Source: Macrostomum lignano (lineage: Eukaryota). From it: DNA of 64,000 nucleotides. The notes beneath the pieces are model-generated. The model was not told the DNA's origin. It made no database searches and worked only from the letters and a program-made list of their open reading frames with translations. Positions 24,445 through 36,914 of the stretch are shown piece after piece. Every line of letters starts with the position of its first letter. Position 1 is the first letter of the stretch. The stretch covers positions 310,001-374,000 of the forward strand of contig NIVC01000110.1 of the NCBI GenBank assembly GCA_002269645.1, given 5' to 3'. The position numbers and the translations under genes were made by a program.

Positions 24445-25285
24445 GATAGATAGATAGAGATAGATAGAGATAGATATAGAGGGGTATTTGAGATAGATAT
24501 GAGGGGTAGATTTGAGATAGATATAGATAGATAGATTTGAGGATAGATATGAGGGGTATTTGAGATAGATATGAGATATTTGATGATAGATATGAGATAG
24601 ATTTGAGATAGATATGAGGGGTATAGAGATAGATATAGAGATATTTGAGGATAGATATGTGGGGTATTTGAGAATAGGTATGAGGGATATTTGAGATAGA
24701 TATGATATTTGAGGATAGATATGAGGGGTATTTGAGGATAGATAGATATCTGAGGATAGATATGAGGGGTATTTGAGGATAGATATGAGGGATAGAGAAT
24801 AGATATGAGATATTTGAGATAGATATTAGGGGTATTTGAGGATAGATATGAGGGGTATTTGAGGATAGATATGAGGGGTATTTGAGGATAGATATGAGGG
24901 GTATTTGAGGATAGATATAAGGGGTATTTGAGGATAGATATGAGGGGTATCTGAGGATAGATATGAGGGATATTTGAGGATAGGTATTAGGGGTATTTGA
25001 GGATAGATATGAGGGGTATTTGAGGATAGATATGAGGGATATTTGAGGATAGATATGAGGGGTATTTGAGGATAGATATGAGGGGTATTTGAGGATAGAT
25101 ATGAGGGATATTTGAGGATAGATATGAGGGGTATCTGAGGATAGATATGAGGGGTATTTGAGGATAGATATGAGGGGTATTTGAGGATAGATATGAGGGG
25201 TATTTGAGGATAGATAGGAGGGGTATTTGAGGATAGATATGAGGGGTATTTGAGGACAGATATGAGGGGTATTTGAGGACAGATA
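24345..25285. repeat. 23-bp minisatellite GATAGATATGAGGGGTATTTGAG
   Basis: Directly visible; grades out of the GATA array. Confidence 0.95.
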
Positions 25286-25827
25286 CGAGTAGGTCACTTG
25301 GAATAAAGCTAGACTTATGAAACTGTAAGCCACTTGACACCAACTTTTTATTGCATTTTTCCCTAGCCGCTTTCCAATGCATCCCCTTCTTGAAAGACGT
25401 TTGGGGGTTGGGTGGACAAAGAGTCTAAGGCAGCCTATTGTATTGCTAATAAAGATCAGGCTGAAAGATTTCACAGTTTTTTCAAGCTTTCACTGGTCAA
25501 CCAGTCTTTATCCCACTCTGTGTAGTTCCCGCAGCTCTCCGACATGCCGATACCTATCAGGCTGAGTTAGCGACAGCTGTCTGTCAGGCGTAGGCCAACT
25601 AGATTTTCCAGTGTTGACCGAGCTTAGAAAAAACAAGAAAAAATGAGAGGACATATTAACGCAAAACTTTTTGCGTCTTTGTTACTACTTGTGCGATTGT
25701 AGTTTTAAAGAGACGCGGAGGTCAAAAGTTTTGTTTTCAAGCTCAGCTATAGAATTCGACTATTGTACAGGATTTGCGCGAAAGCTTTCCGTGATTCAAA
25801 TATCTGGTAGAGGCAAGCGTGAGTAGA

Positions 25828-26460
25828 CTAAAGAAAGAGAGGAGAAAGACAGGGGGAGAGAGAGGAGAAAGGCAGGGAGAGAGGAGGAGAAAGGCAGGGA
25901 GAGAGGAAGAGAAAGGCAGGGAGAAAGGAGGAGAAAGGCAGGGAGAGAGGAAGAGAAAGGCAGGGAGAGAGGAGGAGAAAGGCAGGGAGAGAGGAGAAGA
26001 AAGGCAGGGAGAGAGGAGGAGAAAGGCAGGGAGAGAGGAGGAGAAAGGCAGGGAGAGAGGAGAAGAAAGGCAGGGAGAGAGGAGGAGAAAGGCAGGGAGA
26101 GAGGAAGAGAAAGGCAGGGAGAGAGGAGGAGAAAGGCAGGGAGAGAGGAGGAGAAAGGCAGGGAGAGAGGAAGAGAAAGGCAGGGAGAGAGGAGGAGAAA
26201 GGCAGGGAGAGAGGAGGAGAAAGGCAGGGAGAGAGGAGAAGAAAGGCAGGGAGAGAGGAGAAGAAAGGCAGGGAGAGAGGAGAAGAAAGGCAGGGAGAGA
26301 GGAGAAGAAAGGCAGGGAGAGAGGAGGAGAAAGGCAGGGAGAGAGGAGAAGAAAGGCAGGGAGAGAGGAGAAGAAAGGCAGGGAGAGAGGAGGAGAAAGG
26401 CAGGGAGAGAGGAGAAGAAAGGCAGGGAGAGAGGAGAAGAAAGGCACGGAGAGAGAAGAA
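25828..26460. repeat. 20-bp purine-rich minisatellite GAGAGGAGGAGAAAGGCAGG
   Basis: Directly visible. Confidence 0.96.
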
Positions 26461-26665
26461 AGATAGGAATAAAAGAAAGAATAGAAAAATGCTGATCAAA
26501 AGGGCGAGAGAGATGATAGAAGTATTTGTTAAAGCAGGATATCAAAGTGGGGTTAAGCAATAAAGTTCTACTCTATAGCTACAGTAGTTGGTCTCTGTAG
26601 TTGTTAGTCAGATCATTGGCACTTATCAGAGAAAATGCATGGCACTAGTGAGCTCAAGAACTCAC

Positions 26666-26801
26666 CACTGGGAGCAGTCTCCTCGGATTCGGTTCGTCCT
26701 GAGCCGCTTCGATCTCCGGGGCTGATTTGGGTCGGCTTCTCCTGTTTTCGTCGGCTCGATGCCTGCTCGCCGCAGCCGCTGGATGCCAGGGCTCGAATCA
26801 T
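26666..26801 (-). CDS. BCL11: BCL11-like gene, first coding exon with the NuRD-binding SRRKQxKP motif
   Basis: SRRKQEKP matches the BCL11/SALL/FOG N-terminal motif. Phase-1 donor G|GTGAGT at 26666/26665. The start codon is ambiguous (see findings). Confidence 0.78.
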
Positions 26802-27046
26802 GTCTCAGCCTCAGTTGTTTGTAGTGCGCGCAATTGAGCAGATAAAAAATCAACCGTTTGGATTTTGAGCTTCTGTTAATAATGAATGCGGCCGCTAATA
26901 ATGAAGATATATGATGATTCAGATTCCCGGTCGAGCCAACCAATAGGAGCAGCCCGAGGTGCCTTCCGCGGGGCGATGCGGGCGGAGGGGTTGAGAGACT
27001 TGGGTTTGGATTGGAGGATTGGATTGGTTATAGAATTGCCGAAAGG

Positions 27047-27828
<782 letters not shown>

Positions 27829-30800
27829 ACTACAGTTTAGATAGATGAGCCCTCAGCCTTATTCCTTTTATATTAAAATCGCGTCTGAGATTTAATGTCC
27901 AAATCTCTATTATGACATTTAATTAGTATAGGCGAGATTTAGATTTTTCTATATTTTGATATTGGGCTTGCAGTTTTACTGTGAGTAACTTCTGGGTCAA
28001 TACTGGGGTAACTCGACTGACATGGCATTTAAAACTGAAGATTGAAGAAGTTGTTTATGATACATGAGAAGTCAAAGTCAAACTACTGTCCTGGGGAAAC
28101 TTTTCTTTCTGATTATATACGTATCACTTTTGGTGCCAAAGTATCTGGAAGAGGAATTTATGGTCTACTTTTCAGCCCTCTTGTCAAAGTCAGACGCTTG
28201 TGTTCACAACGATCTATTGTCAATTTAGTCAGATTGGAAATCAAACATACGTATACACTATGTTCAGTTTATACATGTAGTATTTTGTACTCGATTTATT
28301 GCTGTTTCAGGCAACGGAGTGGCAAGAATTATTTTAAAGTAAAGAATAATGGATTTTCAAAAGCCTTCCTTAAGTGCTCAAAGCTAAGCTTTAAATACAT
28401 TATCATGTATTAGCCTGCATGGGCGATCAGTGCATGTAGGACAAGCCCATCAATTGGCTGTAGTTAAATGTATTTCATGCTATGCTTTTTAAAACTGAAT
28501 GAGCTAGAAAGCACAAAGCTAAGATTCGTGGTCGATCAAGCAACTTAAACTTGGAAGCAAGTGAGCCTACGCCTACGGTAATATTTTAAATGGGTCGTAT
28601 TTTTCATTCAAGTTTTTAGCGGCTTAAAAATCGAGTAAATTAAGAAAATGAAATGAATAAAATAACAAGACTGACTGAACTGCCAAAACTTAAAGACCGA
28701 TACTAATTTGAATTTAAGTTATTTATGTAAAATTTTACTTACAATAGAAAATAAACCCTAGTAATTTTATCAGTTTTCGCTTTCGCATTTAATTTAACAA
28801 GGTCCTGTTAAACCAGGTACTAAAAAGTTGTCTTGGACGAGTTGCAATGCTCAACTTGGCACTTCATTTATTGATAGCTTTTAAAATATTGTCCTTACAT
28901 TGAATTAGATCAGTTTCTACTTTATTATTGATGCTTAAGCAACTTTTTGACACAGATTTTGTATGGGTAGTTTTATGCTGACTTGGAATTAGTTTTGGGA
29001 GTGTCAAAAAAGTTTAGATATTTTTGTACCTTGTTCTGAATCTGACTGACAAAATGTAAGATGTAAAAAAATTGCACAAGCCTATTATATGAAGGAAAAA
29101 ATAAAAGTGCTTTTTTGGTTAAGGTCTATTTTATATTTTTAATGCTACAAATATATAGCCAGAGCAGAGCTGTTATGTCAAATAGGCCCTACACTACTAT
29201 TAGGATTCAGACTTGGATATTAGATACAATTTTAAGTTCTATGTCTTGTAGTTCATATTAAATTTAGAATATTGATCGATACTTCTAGTCACTGGCATTA
29301 TTGGGTTTTCTTAAGACTTCTATCAAGTTGTAAAGTTTGATTAGGCTCTAATGTAACTATGAAAGTTGTAGAACTTAGCAACTTTGGTCAGAAAGGCTTT
29401 GCTACATAAGGGATAAATGATGGATGTTGAAATTTTATTTGATTTTTAATGTCTTAAATAATATTTATACCAGCTAATATCTTAGTTTTCAATTTGGCAT
29501 TTTTAATTTTGACTTAGATTATAGATATTATTAAAATCATTTTGACATAAAATGAGGGGAGGGCAATGGGCCATGCCCCCTACCACTTTTGAAGTTGGGG
29601 GGCATCAGTGGTACCTGGCCTCCCATTCATTTTTTAAGCAACTTTTGATATATTTTCTTACAAATTATAAAATTTTTCTATAGACTTCTAAAATTATAAG
29701 ATAAGGACTTTGTCTTCATATAAAAATATAGAAAATATCATGATTTTATATGTTAGTTCAGTTTCTAGAAATAAAAAAAAAATGAATAAAATCAATCTTT
29801 CATTTATTGATTAAAGTGGTTTGCTTTGGAAAAGGGCTAGCTGGCCACTTACTTTTTTAATATTCCAATGTCTATGCCTATAATGCCAAATAGATATTGT
29901 CTTAAATTATTAAAGTTTTAACAGAGAAACTTAGTTATTAGATTTATAGCATAGGTATTAAAAATGTACCATATATATATAAAACCTCCCTAAAAAGAAT
30001 TTTTTAAGGAAAATTTTTGTCAAAATATTATAATAGGATTATATTGGCCTATACTCAAAAGACCAACAATAGATATCAAGCAATTATAAACTAAATTAAA
30101 AGGTAAAATTCTATCATAACCAATTTTTTTATTCAATTATTCTATGTTTTATTATTCTGTTTTTGTTAAATGCTCTAGAGCTCAAACTTACCTTAAAACT
30201 TATGTTGAATAAAAATGCTGAATGTTTTCATAAATTTCATTAGGGAAAGGAAAATAAAAGAATTCTTTTTAAGGTATAGATGTCTTTCAATACATTGTAA
30301 CTATTTTAAACTTTTTAATACTTATATATTAAGAAATTCCTTTCAAATATCTTTAAGATAATCATATATTACAAGTAAAAGCTATGTAATAATGCATTTA
30401 AGCATAAAAACTAGGCCATATTATAATGAATGGCCATTTTTTGTGAATAGCCTAATGGATTTCATAGAGTTGTAGGCAATAATAGCATTATCAATTTTTT
30501 TAAAAGACAAAAAGAGAAAGGTATAAGACCATAGATGAGAAAGAAATGTCTAGTCTAAAAAAGGTATCTTCCACAGGTAAGACTTTGGCTGCAATTGGGA
30601 AACTAAGCATTTAAAAAAATTTAAAATGAATAGCTAAAAGCTAAAAAAATCTGAAACATCTAAAAAAACTTTTTTAGACATATTTTCTGAACCTAATTAT
30701 ATACTTACATGTAATGTACATTAAAAATATAGTATCTATAGGTAGCAAGCTAGAAGTTTGTTAAAGAGACGGATCCTATGACAATCCTACCGTAATTCAA

Positions 30801-31665
30801 CTAAATATTAGAGTATTAAGTGCTTTAAGTTATTCTTATTAGATTTCAATTATATTAGAGTTTATGTTATTTAGATAATTTTAAAAGATCTATAAAAGTA
30901 TATTGGCATTATTAATAGTAAGTATACATTTGTCCCATATGTAAAAATAAATGCTGTATCACAGTCCTAACCTACTACTTATTAGTAAGCTAGTTTGTAT
31001 TTTATTTATGCCTATCCTAGTATTAGACTTTTAATTTTTTTTATAATAAGCATAGTTGTATGCAGAATTATAGCTTCTTTCTAAATCACTGTATTTTTAT
31101 AAAGCTGTATTTTTACATTTTTACATTGTTTTACATTATTTTTTCTAATAATAGTTTGAAAAGTCAAAACGATGACTATTGAAATCTATAGGAAAGAGTT
31201 CAAACTACCAGATTTATGCAGTCATAGCTATAAGAGCAGTTCTTTTCTATAGCTGTGTATCTGCAAGGTCTATATGCTGAGGGGAGAGATGAGAAATGGC
31301 AAACGTGATGACAAAAGAGATGAAAGAGAAAAGATAAGATTAGATGTGAGATGTGATGAGGGGGAAGATAAGAGAGAAAATAAGAGGATAAATGCGATTA
31401 GAGATAAAAGGAAAGAAGAGATGAGAGAGGAAATCAGAATAGAGAGAGAAAAAAAAAGAGAAGACGGGAGAGAAGAGAGCTTAAAAAAGAAGGGCTGGAT
31501 TGCAATTTTAAAGTTTCAAAGGATTCGAGGGCCAGATAGAGAAGCTTGATGCCATATTTGGACAACTTTATAAAAGCAACACTCAATAGCAAACTTCAAA
31601 ATTGACATTCCTGTGCAAAATCTGTGTTCTAAATTAACTGACATACGAGTTAAAAACTGTCAGTC

Positions 31666-32577
31666 ATGGCCCAATCGAGGCCGTTGCCCCCGATTCCGAA
31701 CTCCGGAGGTCTTGGCGATGTTTCAGTTCGCAATGCCAGATCTAACCTGCTTGAGGCCATCCGAGATAGTCGCCAGCTAGACTATGGCGAACTGCTGCAA
31801 ATGCAGATCAACCAAAAGTACAAGCTAGTGGATGCTCGCGCCGCCATGTCGGGTGACAAAAAATCAGCCGAAGACGTCAAGCGATCCTGCCTATTTCTGC
31901 GCAACAAGCTCAAGCACCTGCTGCGTCCAGAGAGAGACCGACCACCGGATTGGCACAGGGTGCAGGCCTCATTCTGCCAGTGCCTCTCGGGCGTTGACCA
32001 ACTATTAGAACGCATTGGTTTCGAGCGCAACGATCAGAATTTCACCATTACATCTGAACGATTGTCGAACGAAGCCCTTGTTGATACTCTCGTAGACTTG
32101 TACCTGCTGGCTGAAGAGCTGAGCCTCATTATTAAGGATAACCATCCGTTGGGTGCTAAGCTTATCGCCAAGAATGAACAGCCAGCTCTTAGGCGTGCCG
32201 GACCCTCCGGGATGCAGGATAGAGTAAACGCAATGCAGCGCAAGCTCAACCAGAATTGCGACCTGTGCGGCGAGGTCGCGGCAACGGTGGCCTGCCAGGA
32301 GAAGCACTGCTCCAAGCGGCGCCTGTGCGAGAGTTGCGACGGACGCTGGCACGGGCATCCGGACCGGCGCAGTCATAATCGACGTAAAATCAGCGACGCC
32401 GTCGGATCCAACGCTGTGCGGTTGGTGCCACCGGGAGTGGTGGGACCTGCCAGTGTGCAGTTGAACTCTGGAGTTAGGAAGGTTGTGTCAAACAGTCAAG
32501 CGGTTAGTTATAAGTCTCAACTTGGTCTCATGGGTAATAATAGTCCAAATCTACCCCAACAGCAGCAGCAACCTGCG

Positions 32578-32609
<32 letters not shown>

Positions 32610-35226
32610 ACCTGCTGTTGCTGTGCCGCCTCCGAGGGTTCCACCGCCGCAGTATCCCGGACAAAAACCGCGAAATGTTTTACCTCAACAACAGCCACAG
32701 CAGCCACCGCGACAGCAGCCTAGCGATACCAGCGAGTCAGATGCCCGTGTAATGAAACTCAATGAGTTCATGATGTCGTTAAAGCCTATTAGCGAGGAGC
32801 GCAGCTTTTCGAAGCCAGCTGGCGACATTCGTCGACCGCCGACGCCTGAAGAAGAGTTTTTTGACTGCTCAGATCAGCTGCCTCCGCAGCCATCGCTGCC
32901 AGCTCCGCAGCCACCGCAACCGCCGCAACAGCCACAATCGATACCGAAGCCCAAGCCACGTCTGTCTAAATCAATTGTGCCGAAACCTGAGACACCTCCA
33001 CCCCCTCCGCAGCAGCAGTTGCCTCCAAGGCCCGTGCCTAACGAACCAACGGAAGCGAACAGTTGGCCTTGCCCCGTTTGTACGGCGCTAAATCCTATAG
33101 CCGAGACGAAGCTAATAAAAAGTAGCCGCGTCATATGCTCAGTTTGTTCGATGACTTGCGACGATCAGGAAATTATTGCAAAGGTCAAAAAACAGCAGCA
33201 AGAGCCAGCAGTAAAACAGCCGGAAGCTCCAAAGCAGGTGGAGATTCCAGATCGCGCACCACTGAAGCCTAAACAAGAGCCGCTGTCCAATGAACAAGAT
33301 TGGTCTTGCTCCGCATGTACAATGCTTAATCCCATTACTGCAAAGTCTTGCGCAATTTGCCAAACTCCACGCGAACTCGGTGGCAGTGACGGTATCAAGC
33401 TTCCCTTTGAGGTCAAGCCAGTAGCCCGTCAGCGAAATCCAGAGATGGAGGAGGCTGCAAACAGACAGCTGTTGAAGCTTATACAAGATATCGAATTTTC
33501 TGGCTTCGATGGTCGGTTGGGCCAGCTGTATTTGGTGGCAACTGCTGATGATGGCGCCCAGTCGGAGGCTAGATTCAAGGCCTGGGTGGCAGAAAAATGG
33601 CCGGCACTGATTGAGCAGGTCGGTTGCGAGGTAGCGAAAGTGCTGCAGGGTGATAATGCAGGTGTGCGACCCTCATTTGACGATATCGCATCTGCTGTGC
33701 TGGACAACACATGCGACCTTGAAGCGGCTATTCAGATGTGCGCCCAGCGTCACAAAGCAAAGGTCGCTTGGATTGCGGAGAACTGCCCAGAGTTGCTGCA
33801 GTCAGCCCATGAGGTGAACCTTGATTTTCAGGGCGATGGTGATTTTACTAATTTTTATCAAGCCGAAAACGAACGGGTCTTTAGAGATTTCGCACAATTT
33901 TTGTTCTGCAAGGAGGGCCAGGAGCCACCTAAGTTCGACAGAATGAATGGAAGTGAGACCTCCCTCCACTGTCTGATGGGAGAGTTCGACTTAAGAAAGA
34001 TTAGCGATGCTAAAATACTTTTTCAGCTTATGCAAAACAGCGAGTTTAAGGGCCGCGATCTTTACGACCTTGCAGAGGCTGCAAAGGGCAGCAATAACAG
34101 GTGCGATTATGTTGACTTCGTGAAAAGTTTCTTGGGGTGCGCGTGCAGTTGCTGTTCTGGAGAGTTTCCAAAGCACAAGTTATTGCCAATGGCTTCATGC
34201 CAGTGTGAGTTGTGCCATGAGTGCTTTCGTAACTTCGTAGCAACGGCTATGACAGGTGGCGGGCATGTCACAGATCTTTGTTGCCCGATGTGCCAAGTAC
34301 CCAATGCAAATCAAATAGAGGAGTTCGAAAGCCATTTCGGAATTCTTCTGCCACAGATCAAACAGATACAAGACTTTAAACAATCTGAATATAAATTTGA
34401 TGGAAACGTTGTTGAGCTTGTGGAGCAAAAGATCACAGAGTGGAATCTTATTCGAGATCCAAACTTTCGCTGGTGCAGCAGCTGTGGCTTTGGAATGGTT
34501 CTCGGAGAGATCATGATCGGTTTGAAGTTCCAATGTCCTAATTGTGAGGCCTTTACCTGCAAAGAGTGTAAAAAACCGTGGAAAGATCAGCATGAGGGCA
34601 TTGACTGCGACCAGTTTGAGAAGTGGCTGATGGACAATGATCCAGAATACCAGGAGAAAGGTGTTGGATTTTTTCTGCAAGCCAATGGCATTGAATGTCC
34701 TAATTGTGGCTTCCAGTACGCCCTAGCAAAGGGTGGCTGTCTGCACTTCACCTGCCGAATGTGCCGCTTTCAATTCTGCGCAGGCTGTGACGGCGAGTAT
34801 ACAATCATTCACGGCAGAGGCCTGAGTTGCAAACACCCGAGAGACTGTCTGTTCTACCTTAGAGACTTTGGAGTGGACCGGCTCCAGCAGCTGCTGAATT
34901 TACACAGAGTGGAGTTCGAGAGCGAAGCTGAGAACCCAGTTGACAAATGCGAAGTGATGGAGCAAAAGGAAGTTGGAAGCGGTTTGAAGGATGAGCCGTG
35001 CGGTGTCGACGTGAAACCGGGCCAGGCGAACCTGTGTGAGAAGCACTACATTGAGTACCTTGTATCGCTGGTGAACAAGCAAAAGCTGGATCCCGTCAGT
35101 GTGATGGCCGAAGGCGAGCTCAAGGGAGTGTGTCTGCGTGAAGGAATTGACTGCTCGGGAGTCGGCGAGAACAACGTGGCAGCCCTGCGAGCTTTGATTG
35201 CTCAGCAGAAGCCACTTGTGAAGTGA
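31666..35226 (+). CDS. RNF31: H1: full-length HOIP/RNF31-like RBR E3 ligase (PUB-like, B-box, 2 NZF, UBA-like, RING1-IBR-RING2-LDD), 1186 aa, single exon
   Basis: YALAKGGCLHFTC (catalytic Cys and His), HPRDCLFYLRD and LCEKHYIEYLVSLVN match human HOIP motifs. B-box LCESCDGRWHGHPDRRSH. PUB-like ELSLIIKDNHP. Confidence 0.93.
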
Positions 35227-36522
35227 CTCGTCACGGCGGTTCTATCTTAATAATTACTTTTAGGAATTTTCCTTATAAGACGATCCTTACTTTCCGTTCA
35301 GATATTTTTGTGAATAGAATTACTATGAATTAAATGAATTTTCGAGTAATGGATTGATTAGTTAGTTTAAATCTGAACATTTTCAATAATCGACGAGTAT
35401 GGTTTCAAAGACCTTGAACTGTATGTTTTTCACACCCTTATAACCCTGTATCAACGGCACAAATGAGTCAAGGTCTAATTAATACAAGCGTAAAACTGCA
35501 AACTAACTTAAGATTTTTTGTCTGTTAGATTGGAACCAAATCGTCAATATAATTCCCGGTTCTGTGAATTAAATTAATGTTTTTGTTAATATTTGATGTT
35601 TCAATATTTATTTGATATCCAAGGAAACTTTTGAACTGAAAATTTTAAACCGTAGCAAATTATAATCAACCTTTCTAAACAACGCCTTTTAATAAATCAG
35701 TTGGCGTTTTCGTATAATTACTCTAGAAGTTTTGAATTTTTACATTAGATTGCTATAAGTGGTCCATTTCATCGTGCTTAAATTTTAAGTTGTTCCAAAT
35801 TGTCCACATTTTGTTATTTTATCAAGATTTTATTGCCATTTGAGACTATGATTAAAGTTATTAACCAATTTTCGTGCTACTCTGTCGTCTTTGTACTCTG
35901 ACTAAACCGAACTTTCCATCATACTAGTTTCAATGCTTTATACCAGTGGTATTGGCTGTTTTTCATTCAACTGAATTTCTTTTTAAAATGCTCCACTGGT
36001 ATTTTACATAAGTGCTGTCCCCTGTTCTTCAGTGTTTAAGATCGTATCTATTTTCATGTTTCGCCTGATTTATTTTGTTATTCAGATATACCAGCTTATC
36101 ATCTAGCTGGGGTGTTTTTAAACAAATAAATAATGAAGCCAAATATTATGCTTAGGATTTGCCATTTAAATATTTTATTTTTTTATCTACTTTGCCAATT
36201 CAACTCGTACGACGTGTGTACAGAAAGTCCTGTGACTTTATCGTAGCTCAAACCGTAGACTCAAATTATGTTCTTAAGCTTAAATTTATTGGCTTTGGAT
36301 TTGATTAGTAGTTTCAGAGACATTGATTAGTTGAATGTAAGAGCTAGGTTAGTCATAGGCTTACACAATCTCGTATGTAAAAAATGATAGGTCTTTAAAT
36401 TGACGTCCACTTGACAATTAGAAATGAATAATAAACAGTGTTAATGACATTTTTTCAGACAAGGCTGGTGTTCTGAGAGAGGCTCTCATTTATTGCATCA
36501 CTTATGAACGTAAGACAGCGAA

Positions 36523-36561
36523 ATGCATGCGAGAAAGAATCAATCTACGAGCAGTTGCAAG
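36523..36561 (+). CDS. Putative first micro-exon of H2 (MHARKNQSTSSCK)
   Basis: ATG to AAG|GTAATT is phase 0 and compatible with the acceptor at 36914/36915. No homology supports it. Confidence 0.3.
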
Positions 36562-36914
36562 GTAATTTTAGCATGATATTCTGCAAGTCTCTGATCGCTA
36601 TATACTCGTACCTCTGAAACTACTTATCCAGTGCCTTATTGATGATATTTAAAAAGAGCCTTGCCACTTTCTTAGTAGTTTACTAACGATGTGCTACAAT
36701 CGAAATTAATAACACCTGTAGTATGTTAGGAAGTCTCGTGTTTATATTTATTCTAATTTTTTGGTTTAAGAAGTAAACAATCCTGTAAGTTAGCTACCGT
36801 CATAGAAACGATTTTGCAGTTAGACCAAAACTTAAACCACAAATAGTCTAGTTCCTAGCTACCATTTCAAGTCGTAATCCTAACTAAGGACTGTATCGCG
36901 TACTTTTTTTCCAG

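Noticed and set aside
28000-31650. 3.6-kb AT-rich stretch between the divergent BCL11 and H1 genes
   Set aside because: No ORF, repeat structure or motif that I can support; probably intergenic or regulatory.
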